Shown: positions 17,910 through 28,032, numbered from the stretch's first letter. The stretch is DNA of 64,000 bases from Candidatus Latescibacterota bacterium (GCA_043804415.1 JAZDJA010000184.1:7630-71629); one strand, 5' to 3'. The notes: generated by a model from the letters alone, not told the origin. Made by a program: numbers and translations.

Positions 17910-19700
17910 ATGAGCAACGCGCAGGACCGATCCATACAGGCACATGACGTAACCATCAAGGAGATTTACCACCCGAAGGTACGTCCGGGGTATGCGTGCT
18001 GGACCAGCCTGTGGCGGGCGCCAACCGGGGAATTGCTCCTGGCATTCGCAGAGAAGCGGCGCGCTCCCAATCCCTCTTACCGACCCATTCCGCTGGATTT
18101 CTATGAATCCATGGCCCTGCCGATCAAATACCAGGCCTCCTTCTGCAACGGGTCACCGGATCTGTTAGATGAAAGCGTGATCATGCGTTCTAGGGACGAA
18201 GGGGCCTCGTGGGAGGAGATCGGAAGAAGCGGCACAGGCGGACTGATGAATGTCTTTGGCTATGCTTCCTTGCCCGACGGCACCATCCTCCGGGGGATCG
18301 ACACGGCGTATCTGTGTTTTTCTCAGGACGACGTTCCGGTTACCGGCATTGAACAATCCACCGATGGGGGAAATACATGGGTCCCAAAGTCCAAACTGCT
18401 GGAACCGGACTTCTGCGGGTGCATCTACCGGCTCAAACGCCTGCATGACGGCACCCTGGTGGCCTTGTGCATCTACTCCGTGCCCTTTGGGCCGGGAAAG
18501 GAGTCCAAACAGCGGGGCGGCAGCAAACCGAACATGGTCAGTACGAACATGGCAGGGCTCTGGACCTCCGGGGATGACGGGGCAACCTGGACTGGACCCA
18601 CGATCGTCCTGCCCGGGATCTCCGCGCCCGAACCGGATTTTGCCGAATTGCCCTCAGGGGATTTGCTCATCCTCAACTCCTCCGTACAGCACGGACCCCA
18701 GATGCGTCAGAAGATCCATCGCAGGAAAAGCGGCTTGCTGCCTGCCGCCATGTACCGTGTGGTGGACGGCACGGTACCGGAAACCGTCTGTGCCACTGGA
18801 ACCGGTCTGCTGGTGGGTGCCAGCAGAGGGGGCACGTATGTCTGCTGCAATGATGAGGGCGCCACATGGAAGGAGATCTCGAGCATGCCGAGGTGTGAGT
18901 ATCAACCCTTCATGATCGAGGGAATCGAGGACCGACTCCTGTGCGCATGGCATAAGCATGGAGACTGCGCATTTGGAGAACACCACCAGTTTGTGGGCAT
19001 GCACGCTTTCTCTCTGGATGACTCCAAACTTCCGGAGGCCACGCAACTGGTGCTCACTCGAGACCAGGATCGGGCGAAAACGCACTACACTAACTCCTAC
19101 ACGGCGCACCTTTCCTCAGGTGGGAAGGACCTGCCGAACCGGGAAATCCGTTTCCACACCCAGATGCGTTACCGGGACACCTACGACCTCGCCCCTCCCG
19201 CACCGGAGTCCAGAGAAATCGTCAAAGTGACGGACGGACACGGCAAGGCCCGGTTTCAGATGAGCGAGCTCTACCCGGATATAGCACGCGAGCTCAATAT
19301 CCACCAAGCCTTCGAAACCAAGGCCTTCTTCGCTCCCGGGGAGGGGGAACCCTTTGGTGCGGCGGAGAGTATGCAATATCAATCTTACGCTGTCACCCCC
19401 GAAATCGGAACGCCCAACAGCTGCCCTCTGTACGTGGCCGGGTGCAAGCTTTTTGTGACACCCGAAGTGATTCAAGCAGTTCCGGAAATTAAGGAACTAC
19501 TTCAGAAGATCGGTACCCCCAGAACAATCGACGCGCAAGAAAGCAAGCGAGTTCTGGGTTTATCCGATGCGCGCTTCGAAGCGGTCGTGGACTATCTGGC
19601 CCAGGAAAACGTGCTGGACCGAAAACCGGATGGGGACCGATGGCGCTATGATCTTTCCGGAGGATCGAGCGAAATCGAGATTCCGGATGACTTCGTATAG
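17910..19700 (+). CDS. BNR/Asp-box sialidase-like propeller protein with a ~200-aa C-terminal extension of unknown function
   Basis: Asp-boxes SRDEGASWEEIG, STDGGNTWVPKS, SGDDGATWTGP, CNDEGATWKEI; RBS AAGGAG before ATG 17910. Confidence 0.7.
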   Translation: MSNAQDRSIQAHDVTIKEIYHPKVRPGYACWTSLWRAPTGELLLAFAEKRRAPNPSYRPIPLDFYESMALPIKYQASFCNGSPDLLDESVIMRSRDEGASWEEIGRSGTGGLMNVFGYASLPDGTILRGIDTAYLCFSQDDVPVTGIEQSTDGGNTWVPKSKLLEPDFCGCIYRLKRLHDGTLVALCIYSVPFGPGKESKQRGGSKPNMVSTNMAGLWTSGDDGATWTGPTIVLPGISAPEPDFAELPSGDLLILNSSVQHGPQMRQKIHRRKSGLLPAAMYRVVDGTVPETVCATGTGLLVGASRGGTYVCCNDEGATWKEISSMPRCEYQPFMIEGIEDRLLCAWHKHGDCAFGEHHQFVGMHAFSLDDSKLPEATQLVLTRDQDRAKTHYTNSYTAHLSSGGKDLPNREIRFHTQMRYRDTYDLAPPAPESREIVKVTDGHGKARFQMSELYPDIARELNIHQAFETKAFFAPGEGEPFGAAESMQYQSYAVTPEIGTPNSCPLYVAGCKLFVTPEVIQAVPEIKELLQKIGTPRTIDAQESKRVLGLSDARFEAVVDYLAQENVLDRKPDGDRWRYDLSGGSSEIEIPDDFV

Positions 19701-19775
19701 GTCTTGATGAATGTTCCGGCCAAAACACATCGTGCAGTCTGCGCAGCAAATAGGTCCCCTACTGAAGGAGAAGAA

Positions 19776-20960
19776 GTGCCTGCAAACGTGAAGGTAAAGG
19801 TCGTGTCACATGGGGAATCCGTGACGGATCCGTTGGATTGCCGGATGCCCATCGTCGGGCCCGGCATCAACCAGCCGGATCCTTTTCCCGGGTATGGCGG
19901 ATTTGTGGGCTTTTCATCGCCGGCCCGGCTGAGGAACGGCACCTGGTTGGTTGGCTTTTTGGCCGGCTATTCCCACCTACACGGTCCCTCTCCGATGGAC
20001 TACTATACAGAGGAAGAGTTGGCGCATGTCCGGGAATCCGGATATGCGTTGGAGAATTACTACGCTCCCACAGGGGCCAGAGCGATGTTCGTTCGCTCGA
20101 ACGATGAGGGGAAAACCTGGTCGAAACCGGCGACGCTAATCGATACGCCCGCAAATGACGCCCATCCCTTCTTTCTGGAATTACCCACGGGCACGATCCT
20201 CTGCTCCTTCTTCACCGCGTGGGGGTGCCATCACAGAAATGATCCCGCCCTGGCCTATCACGTCCGTTTCATCCGCTCGTTTGATGGGGGATTCACGTGG
20301 GAGCAGGAACCCCGGCTCCTTCCGTCTCCTTTTCTGGCCGAGGAGACCGAGGCCCCCATGTTGCACCTCGAGGAGGGTGCGGTGCTGATTGCCGTTGATG
20401 GAGATCCCCGCGAAGGCGGGCCGCAACAGGCAGCGATATTCCGCACCATGGATCAGGGGGACACATGGGAACTCCTCTCCATCGTAAAGGCCGCCCATGA
20501 ACTGTCGGAGCCGGCCATCGCCCAATTGCCCGACGGCCGACTGGTTATGATCGCGCGTCCCAAAGGAGCGATCTCCTGGTCCGAGGATTGCGGACGGACG
20601 TGGACGCAGCCCCAGAGCTTTGGAATACCGATGTACGCCCCCAGCCTGCAGGTGTTGCAGGACGGAAACCTGCTCTGCCTGCACGGATCATACAGCCCTG
20701 GGCATGGCGCTCTGCGCGCCATTTTGAGCCCGGACGGCGGAAAGACATGGCGGGCACCGGCGCCGGACCATGGGTTCCTGGTGGATCGCACTTACGGGTA
20801 TGGCAAGGGAATGCTCCTTCCAGATGGCTCCCTGTTTATCTCCTATATGAGCACAGGCGGCCATGCTCCCCAGGATGCCCGAACCAACTGCCTCTGGTCT
20901 GTACGCCTGCGTGTCCGCGCCGACTGCGCCGGCATCGATCTTTTGCCCGCAGCCCGGTAA
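19776..20960 (+). CDS. BNR/Asp-box sialidase-like propeller protein
   Basis: Asp-boxes SNDEGKTWSKP, SFDGGFTWEQEP, TMDQGDTWELL, SEDCGRTWTQP, SPDGGKTWRAP; GTG 19776 follows an AAGGAG RBS (an in-frame ATG at 19704 is the alternative). Confidence 0.6.
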   Translation: MPANVKVKVVSHGESVTDPLDCRMPIVGPGINQPDPFPGYGGFVGFSSPARLRNGTWLVGFLAGYSHLHGPSPMDYYTEEELAHVRESGYALENYYAPTGARAMFVRSNDEGKTWSKPATLIDTPANDAHPFFLELPTGTILCSFFTAWGCHHRNDPALAYHVRFIRSFDGGFTWEQEPRLLPSPFLAEETEAPMLHLEEGAVLIAVDGDPREGGPQQAAIFRTMDQGDTWELLSIVKAAHELSEPAIAQLPDGRLVMIARPKGAISWSEDCGRTWTQPQSFGIPMYAPSLQVLQDGNLLCLHGSYSPGHGALRAILSPDGGKTWRAPAPDHGFLVDRTYGYGKGMLLPDGSLFISYMSTGGHAPQDARTNCLWSVRLRVRADCAGIDLLPAAR

Positions 20961-20986
20961 CCCCATGCCCTTTCAAGGAGGAACGC

Positions 20987-22114
20987 ATGAGAGAAAAAGA
21001 GCGCTTTTTGGATACGCTGCAGTTCAAACCGGTGGATCGGGTTCCCTTTATGGAATTGGGCGCATGGAACCAGACCATCGCCCGATGGGTGGGGGAAGGA
21101 TTGCCGGAGTCGGCTGCCAACTTCCGTTTCATGGAGGGCAATGCCTACTTCGGGCTGGAGGCGTACGAGAGCGCTCCCATCGATGGGGTTGGGCCCCATC
21201 CCCCCTTTGAGGAAAGAACGCTGTCCGAGGATGACCGTTATATCAAGTTCACCGATACCATGGGAAGAACCCGCCTGGCGCTCAAGGAGGGAACGGTAGA
21301 CGGCCAGCGAACCAGCATGGACAGCTATGTGGACTTCCCGGTCAAGAACAGACGGGACTTTCTAAACATGAAGAAGCGCTACGAGGAGAGTGAGTCCGTC
21401 CGGTACCCGAAAGACTGGGAGGAGATCAAAGAAAGGCTGAACAAATCCACCAGGCCGATCACCCTCCTCAATCCGCTGGATGGCACCTTCGGCTGCTACA
21501 GCATGCTCAGAAACTGGATGGGCACGGAGAACCTTTCCTATCTGTTTTACGACGACCGACCGCTGATCATGGAATGCCTGGATTTTCTGACCGATTTCTT
21601 CATTCGGGTCGTGGAGAAAGCCGTCACAGAAGTTCCTTTTGACTTCTACATGATCCACGAAGATATGGCAGGAAAGGGCGGGCCCCTCGTGTCCCCCCAG
21701 CTTTTCAGGGAGATATTCACGCCCTTTTATAGACGCCTCATCGACTCCCTGAAGTCGCACGGCGTAAAGCTCATACTCGTGGACACGGATGGCGATTTCG
21801 AAGCGCTGATCCCTGCCTTTCTCGAGGCCGGTGTGGACGGATTCAGTCCCATCGAACGGGCATCTAATATGGACCCCATCAGATTGCGGAAACAGTATGG
21901 CAACGCGTTTTCTATGCTCGGAGGCATCGACAAGCGGGTCCTGGCAAAGGGGAAAAAGAAAATAACAGAGGAGATCGAAAGAAACGTGCTCCCGCTCATC
22001 GAAAAAGGCGGGTATATTCCGATGGTGGATCACGCCGTACCGCCGGACGTTTCGCTGGATCATTTCAAGTACTACCTGGAATTGAAATGGAAGGCCATTG
22101 ATCATGCGTGGTGA
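20987..22114 (+). CDS. uroporphyrinogen decarboxylase (URO-D) superfamily protein (MtaA/CmuA-like fold), inside a glycan operon
   Basis: 375 aa; RBS AAGGAGG; N-terminal ...LQFKPVDRVPFMELGAW... and central ...YMIHEDMAGKGGPLVSPQLFRE... are typical of URO-D-family proteins. Confidence 0.7.
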   Translation: MREKERFLDTLQFKPVDRVPFMELGAWNQTIARWVGEGLPESAANFRFMEGNAYFGLEAYESAPIDGVGPHPPFEERTLSEDDRYIKFTDTMGRTRLALKEGTVDGQRTSMDSYVDFPVKNRRDFLNMKKRYEESESVRYPKDWEEIKERLNKSTRPITLLNPLDGTFGCYSMLRNWMGTENLSYLFYDDRPLIMECLDFLTDFFIRVVEKAVTEVPFDFYMIHEDMAGKGGPLVSPQLFREIFTPFYRRLIDSLKSHGVKLILVDTDGDFEALIPAFLEAGVDGFSPIERASNMDPIRLRKQYGNAFSMLGGIDKRVLAKGKKKITEEIERNVLPLIEKGGYIPMVDHAVPPDVSLDHFKYYLELKWKAIDHAW

Positions 22115-22191
22115 GGACGTGTATTCCCTGATCTGCGAGAGAACGATTTGCGGGAAAGACCGCTGACATCTCTTTGAAGGAGGAGACCGAG

Positions 22192-23883
22192 ATGAACCCA
22201 TATACTGCCTGCCAGAACGAGCTGGTTGAGATAACGCTTACTTCGGACAGGAGCTATCCGGACCCGTTCAATGACGTCGAGCTGGATGCCCTGATCGTAA
22301 GCCCGGATGGAATCAAAGCGATCATACCGGCCTTCTGGGCTGGGGGGACGACATGGAAGATTCGGTATGCGTCCCCTTTGGTTGGAAAACACCCGTTCCG
22401 GACCCGGTGTTCGGACCCAGAGAATACCAGTCTGCATGACCTGAGAGGAACCATCGAGGTATCGCCCTATTCGGGGGAGAACCCGCTACTCCGGCACGGT
22501 GCGCTGAAAGTGAGTCCGAGCCGAAAGTATCTGGAGCATGCCGACGGCACCCCTTTTCTGTGGCTGGGGGACACGTGGTGGTATGGATTGGCCGAAAGAC
22601 TCAAGTGGCCCGAGGAGTTTGGGGAACTCGTGCAGGACAGAGTCTCAAAAGGCTTCAATGTGGTACAGCTTGTGGGGGGCATGCTTCCGTATTTCACAAA
22701 GTTCGACAACTGGATGGCCAATGAGGCCGGACATCCCATGGATGAGGATTTCAAGACCGTCAATCCCGCCTATTTTGACATGGCGGATCGCAGAATCAGC
22801 TGTCTGACAGCAGCCGGGATCGTCCCGTGCATCCTCCCCGCCTGGGGCTATTTCCTGAAACTTGCGGGAATAGAAGGGATGAAGAAAATCTGGCGTTATA
22901 CGGTGGCCAGATGGGGCGCTCATTGTGTCATCTGGTGCCTGGCGGGTGAAGTGAGAATGCCCTATCCCCTCTATCCTTTGGTGGAGCATCCGAAGGAATG
23001 GGCGGAGGCCATACGGGAACTGCAGGACGGCTGGACAGAGATCATCAAGTATCTGAGGGACCTAGATCCCTATCACCATCCGGTGACTGCGCATCCCAGC
23101 CCTGCGGATGCCAGCTATTCCTCCCGCGACCTGTTTGACGACCCTTCCCTGGTCGATATCGATAGGCTTCAAACCGGTCATCTGGGCAACATGACCCAGA
23201 ATGTTTTTGAGTATACGCTGGAGAAACTGAACAAAGCCTTGTCCAATAGGGACGTAAAACCTGTCGTGAATGGAGAGCCCAGCTACGAAGGCGTAGGCGG
23301 CGGATTCTGCGGGGAGGCCACGCAACGATTTCTGTTTTGGACTCATCTCTTGAAGGGGGCAGCGGGTTACACCTACGGATCGGCGCCGGTGGTCTTTTTC
23401 ACGGACAGGGACAGTAGGTATAGTAAAGGCGACATGCTGGGATCATGTGATGCCACCTGGCAGGAAGGCGCCTACCATTTCCCGGGATCCGCGCAACTTG
23501 GATTGGGCAAGAGATTCCTGGAGCAATTCGACTGGAGCCGATTTGAGCCGCATCCGGAATGGGTCGAGCCGCACGCCAGCCCGTCCGATCCCTTTTCCCC
23601 CTACTGTGCCGGCATACCGGGAGAGGTCAGAATCATCTACCTCCCCTCCTTTGTGATGCCCAAAGGGAGAGACAGTTCCTACGAGAAAATACACGTCCTG
23701 GGCATCGAGGAGGACGTGGCCTATCGATCCTATTTCTTCAACCCCCGAAACGGCGATATCCTCAACAGAACCGAGGTCACGCCTTCAAGGGACGGAAAGT
23801 GGACCCTTTTCCCGGAGGGACACCTTTTCCTGGCCGTTCCCAATCTGGGGGATTGGATCCTGGTGCTGGAAGCCAAAAACTGA
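22192..23883 (+). CDS. putative glycoside hydrolase with DUF5060 (Ig-like) plus DUF4038 (TIM-barrel) architecture, GH140-like
   Basis: 563 aa; RBS GAAGGAGGAG; architecture recognised by motif pattern only. Confidence 0.5.
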   Translation: MNPYTACQNELVEITLTSDRSYPDPFNDVELDALIVSPDGIKAIIPAFWAGGTTWKIRYASPLVGKHPFRTRCSDPENTSLHDLRGTIEVSPYSGENPLLRHGALKVSPSRKYLEHADGTPFLWLGDTWWYGLAERLKWPEEFGELVQDRVSKGFNVVQLVGGMLPYFTKFDNWMANEAGHPMDEDFKTVNPAYFDMADRRISCLTAAGIVPCILPAWGYFLKLAGIEGMKKIWRYTVARWGAHCVIWCLAGEVRMPYPLYPLVEHPKEWAEAIRELQDGWTEIIKYLRDLDPYHHPVTAHPSPADASYSSRDLFDDPSLVDIDRLQTGHLGNMTQNVFEYTLEKLNKALSNRDVKPVVNGEPSYEGVGGGFCGEATQRFLFWTHLLKGAAGYTYGSAPVVFFTDRDSRYSKGDMLGSCDATWQEGAYHFPGSAQLGLGKRFLEQFDWSRFEPHPEWVEPHASPSDPFSPYCAGIPGEVRIIYLPSFVMPKGRDSSYEKIHVLGIEEDVAYRSYFFNPRNGDILNRTEVTPSRDGKWTLFPEGHLFLAVPNLGDWILVLEAKN

Positions 23884-23989
23884 ATCCCCTTCGCTCTGCC
23901 GTGCGACGGACCCTGCGATTCGGCGAACATGGCCGGGAGCTTCCCCCGCAACGCGCCGTTTCCCCACAATAAAGAAATAAGGAGCAGCG

Positions 23990-24661
23990 ATGAATACCCT
24001 CTTGGAAAAGCTCAAAGAGATTGACACCCCAACCTTATCCAACGCCATCGAGAAACTCGCGGTGCGCAACCGGATCAGTGGATTTGCCGATCGCCGTCTC
24101 AGATGCCTCTTTCCCGAACTGGGGATCATGTGCGGGACCGCCGTAACCGCACAAGTGGAGAGTGTCGCCCCGGATACACTGGGAGGATTGGATGAGGGAT
24201 TCCTGGCGCTTTGCGAAGCATTGGAGACATATGAGGGCCCGAGCGTCATCGCGTTTCAGGAGATCAGTGGCCATCCCGATTTTGCGGCCCACTGTGGGGA
24301 AGTGATGACCACCATCTTTCAGAAGCTGGGGGGCATCGGCCTGGTCAGTGACTGCGCGGTAAGGGATATGGCGGAAGTCCGATCGCTGAAATTCCATTAT
24401 TTCGCCACCGGACAGGTGGCCAGCCATGGCTCGTTTCGAGTCGTGCGCGCCCAGGTGCCGATCACCGTATGCGGGCTGCAGATTGCGCCAGGCGATCTGC
24501 TCCACGGCGACGAAAACGGCTTGATCCTGGTGCCGGCCGAAGGGCGGGACCAACTCCCCCGTCTGGCTGACGAAGTCCGGCAGGCAGAATCCGCCTTGTT
24601 GGATTTTGTGAACAGCGAGAGATTTACCGTCGAAGGGTTGCGAAAACGCGTCACCCACTGA
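23990..24661 (+). CDS. RraA-family protein (RraA / 4-hydroxy-4-methyl-2-oxoglutarate aldolase / oxaloacetate decarboxylase-like)
   Basis: 223 aa with the swivelling beta/beta/alpha fold pattern (…GDLLHGDENGLILVPAE…); RBS TAAGGAG. Confidence 0.75.
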   Translation: MNTLLEKLKEIDTPTLSNAIEKLAVRNRISGFADRRLRCLFPELGIMCGTAVTAQVESVAPDTLGGLDEGFLALCEALETYEGPSVIAFQEISGHPDFAAHCGEVMTTIFQKLGGIGLVSDCAVRDMAEVRSLKFHYFATGQVASHGSFRVVRAQVPITVCGLQIAPGDLLHGDENGLILVPAEGRDQLPRLADEVRQAESALLDFVNSERFTVEGLRKRVTH

Positions 24662-24799
24662 CCTCTCGTACGGCATATGCGAAAGAGAGATCTCTCTCCT
24701 TTCGCGGCGCCCCCCCCCATGGTTTCGGGTAATGCCCCGTCGCTTGGGGAGCCCGCCGGAGGAAACAGAACCGTCACCAGAACAACCTGACCCAAGGAT

Positions 24800-25400
24800 A
24801 ACCGCCAGTGAAGCTCCCCGCCCAAAGGGCGGGGCATCTACTTGCTAACACCAAACAGATCAAGCTGGGCGGGAATTTTCTCCTCCCGCCGATGATATTG
24901 GATATACCGCTTGATGGTCTCAGAAGTCACCTTGTTCCCCACTGTGCGAGCAAAATACCCATCTTCCCAAAGCTCCCCACCCCAGAGCTCCTTTTTTACT
25001 TCGGGATGAGTCTGGAAAATCCGACTCGCAGAAATACTCTTCAATATCCCAACTACCCTCGCTATCGAATATCGAGGCGGAAAAGACAAAAAAATGTGCA
25101 CGTGATCTTCTGAAACTTCAAGCTCTACAATGTCAAAACCAAAATCCTCAGAAATCTGGCAAAATAACGCCCGAACATCCTCGCGAAGGTCTCCTCGTAG
25201 AATCCATTTCCAGTATTTCGGGGCCCATACCAGATGATACTGAGCTTCATAAACTGCATGACTCGTCCGCCTTATTGCCATCGTATACCTACGAATCTTA
25301 ACACCCTAATCCATCTTATCAGTCAGCATACGATAACAAATCTGCTTGCCTTTGGCAAGCAGAACTTTTCCTCCCCTTCCAAAGGAAGGGGTATCCAAGT
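24800..25400 (-). mobile_element. IS200/IS605-family insertion sequence (tnpA only, about 600 bp) with subterminal hairpins
   Basis: tnpA ORF plus hairpins at 24816-24834 (CCCCGCCCaaaGGGCGGGG), 25342-25362 (CTGCTTGCCtttGGCAAGCAG) and 25373-25391 (CCCCTTCCaaaGGAAGGGG); ends are approximate. Confidence 0.8.
24838..25281 (-). CDS. tnpA: IS200/IS605-family Y1 (HUH) transposase TnpA
   Basis: 147 aa with the HUH motif SEDHVHIFLSFPP and a C-terminal catalytic Tyr region typical of IS200 TnpA. Confidence 0.9.
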   Translation of the reverse strand: MAIRRTSHAVYEAQYHLVWAPKYWKWILRGDLREDVRALFCQISEDFGFDIVELEVSEDHVHIFLSFPPRYSIARVVGILKSISASRIFQTHPEVKKELWGGELWEDGYFARTVGNKVTSETIKRYIQYHRREEKIPAQLDLFGVSK

Positions 25401-25412
25401 TCAAAAACCTTC

Positions 25413-26473
25413 ATGAATGAACTCTCCTCCCGGGAACTCATGTGCCGGAGCATGCGTCGTATGCCCACGGATCGCATCCCCACCATGCCCCAGCTTTGCC
25501 AGGATACGCCCATCCGAATCTACCACGAAGACTGCGGGGATTGGATAGACAGAACGGCCCGGTGTCTGGAAGTGCCTTCCACTGCCCATGAGTATGTCAT
25601 CCGACTGGCCAAACAGATCCACTGCGATGGATTGCGGCTGTTTGTCCTTCCGGATCCCATGGAGGTGCGTCGTGTGGGAGACGACCTTTTTGGGGTCAGC
25701 CCTTCGGGAGAGAGGATGGGGAGAGTGGATCTTTTCGGCGGCGGACAACTGGTGCCGGACAGGCCGCATTCACCGATGAGAAACTGGAGCAGCTTCGATC
25801 TGCCCGAAATCGTGTTCCGAAAAAGTTCGTCGCGTCCAGTCCGAGCGGGATCACGATGAACACCTACAGCGTGTTGCGCGGAAGAGAACAGGCCATGATC
25901 GATTTCTTCGAGCGCCCGGATTTTGTGCGTGCGGCCATGGATCTGCAGGCGGAGGCCGCCATTCGCCTCGGAGAAAAGCTCATTCCCACGGGCATTGATG
26001 CGTTCTACATCGGCGATCCCGCTGCCAGTGGCAGCATCATTAGCCCCCGGCATTTTGAGGCTTTCTGCCTCGCGCCCTACCAGAAATTCTGTCGCCATTT
26101 CAAGGGCCGGGACATGCTACTTTATATCCACATCTGCGGGAACTCCAATCCGATTCTGGATATGCTGTCGGATACGGGCGCTGATGCCGTGGAGCCGCTG
26201 GATCCCTTGGGCGGCGTTTCCGTGGCCGATGCGAAATCGCGCATCGGGGAGAAAGTGGCGCTTATGGGAGGGGTCAACACGCTCACCCTCTCCCGGGGCA
26301 CTCCGGCCCAGGTGCGCGCAGAGGCGATCCAAAAGTGCCGGGAAGGCGGCCCTTCCGGGTACATCCTGGCGGCAGGGGATATGGTACCCCCGGATACCTC
26401 TCTGGAGAACTTACAGGCTCTGGTGGATGTCAGCACCCAGAGCCTCTGGAAAACGGATGCAAGCGCCCTGTAA
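25413..26473 (+). pseudogene. URO-D-superfamily protein, disrupted by a -1 frameshift near 25856 and sited about 10 bp downstream of the IS200 end
   Basis: the N-terminal part (25413..25859) and C-terminal part (25856..26473) together align to the intact paralog 20987..22114; there is no RBS before ATG 25413. Confidence 0.6.
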
Positions 26474-26627
26474 CCTGCGCTATTGCTGCTTGCTGCCATG
26501 AGGGCTTTGTTGGGTGCCCACTCGAGGAATCAGGAAGCAGCTATTTCTCTGCGGCGTCCGACCGTGTCATTCCGTCTTTTCGGGACACCTATTTGCTTTC
26601 CTGCCCATCAAAAAAACATAAAACCCC

Positions 26628-26656
26628 TTGCATAATCCTCTATGATTTATTATATT
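26628..26656 (+). promoter_or_regulatory. sigma70-like promoter (TTGCAT-N17-TATATT) upstream of the MFS transporter
   Basis: near-consensus hexamers in an AT-rich island within an otherwise GC-rich intergenic region. Confidence 0.5.
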
Positions 26657-26838
26657 AACAAGTTTATGTTTTCTTGTGCTACAAGAGCGAAACTCAGGGG
26701 GTGTAGCCTTTCGATCACCGCGAGACGGAAACAGCACGAAGTGCCCATCCTATGAAAACGACATCCTCTATGATGGGAAGAGCAACCATGACCCAGGGGG
26801 CACGCGGATCGAAGGGACCCCTTATCCAAAAGGAGCGC

Positions 26839-28032
26839 ATGACGGTACACACAAAGAGCTGGACAGGCTATGCGATTGGCGTGATGATCCCCTCGTCGTT
26901 GTGCGTCGCCATTCTGTCCGTCGGATCCATTTCGATTTTGGAAGCACTGAGTTTGGGACTGGACAAGGGGGGATTGTTATTTGGGGCGCTCAACGGAGGT
27001 TGCCTGCTCGCCTATGTGTTTGGGGGCGGATTGTGCGATCGCTTTGGCGAACGCCCGATGCTCTTCGGCGGAAGCCTCATCTGCGCCGGCGGCGCCCTGC
27101 TTTGCAGGGGGGCCCATTCCTTTCTGCCGCTTGGGTTCGGGATCTTCTTGCTGGGTATCGGAAGCGGGTTTCTCTGGCTGGCATCTGTGGTGCTCCTGAA
27201 TCATCTCCATCAGGAGCGACGCCGGTTGGCATTGGGGGGATCCCAGATGGCCATCGCCATGGCCTGTGTAATCGGACCTCCGGTCATAGGGGTGCTCATT
27301 CGGTGGCACGACTGGCGCATGCTCTATGCGATCCTTGCGGTGTATATGATTGGGATGGCGCTTCCGCTGTATCTGCTTCGCTTTCCCACTTCCCCTTCCC
27401 GTGAGCACGAAAAATCCCGCCTCATCGACATCGGACTTTTTCGGGAGCGGCGATACGGGCTTTTGAACCTTTGCGCCATCCTGCACACCGGCGCCGAGGT
27501 GGGCATCTCTTCCTGGGTGTGCCTTTACATGGCCAGGCGCTTTGGAATGTCCCAGGTGTCGGCCAGTCTCGGGCTGATGCTCTATGCCTTGGGGATGGTT
27601 CTGGGGAGGGCGGTTCTCAGCAAACTCCCGGAGCGCTATTCGGATGTTTTCGTGCTGAAGGTTTGTGCATTGGGTTCGGGATGTTTCGTTTCTCTTCTTT
27701 TCCTCAACGGAAACTATGTCGTTTCGCTGGCTATTTTTGCAGCGATCGGGTTTTTTATCGGGGGCGATTGGCCTGCGATGCTGATGTATGCAGGCAGACA
27801 CTTTCCCGAGCGAACCGGCACGGCAACCGGACACTTGTCACTCAGTGGCAGTCTGGGGGGCATCCTCTCCCTTCCCCTGATGGGACTGATCTCCGAGCAT
27901 TTTGGGATTGGCGCGGGGATGGGCATACCCCTGGTCTCTCTCGCGGGTATGTATATTGCCGTCAGCGCACTCGGACGGACAGATTTGGGTAAGCACACAG
28001 AACAAACGCAAGTCGCAGATAATTCAAAGTAA
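26839..28032 (+). CDS. MFS-family transporter (12-TM-like)
   Basis: multiple hydrophobic helices and a G-rich MFS motif; start 26839 chosen for the AAAGGAG RBS. Confidence 0.75.
   Translation: MTVHTKSWTGYAIGVMIPSSLCVAILSVGSISILEALSLGLDKGGLLFGALNGGCLLAYVFGGGLCDRFGERPMLFGGSLICAGGALLCRGAHSFLPLGFGIFLLGIGSGFLWLASVVLLNHLHQERRRLALGGSQMAIAMACVIGPPVIGVLIRWHDWRMLYAILAVYMIGMALPLYLLRFPTSPSREHEKSRLIDIGLFRERRYGLLNLCAILHTGAEVGISSWVCLYMARRFGMSQVSASLGLMLYALGMVLGRAVLSKLPERYSDVFVLKVCALGSGCFVSLLFLNGNYVVSLAIFAAIGFFIGGDWPAMLMYAGRHFPERTGTATGHLSLSGSLGGILSLPLMGLISEHFGIGAGMGIPLVSLAGMYIAVSALGRTDLGKHTEQTQVADNSK

Noticed and set aside
60-20960. Calling the BNR proteins bona fide sialidases (GH33)
   Set aside because: The canonical FRIP/RIP arginine motif is not evident near the N-termini and there are no signal peptides. 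Only the Asp-box propeller fold is supported. GH93-type exo-arabinanase or another BNR family is equally possible
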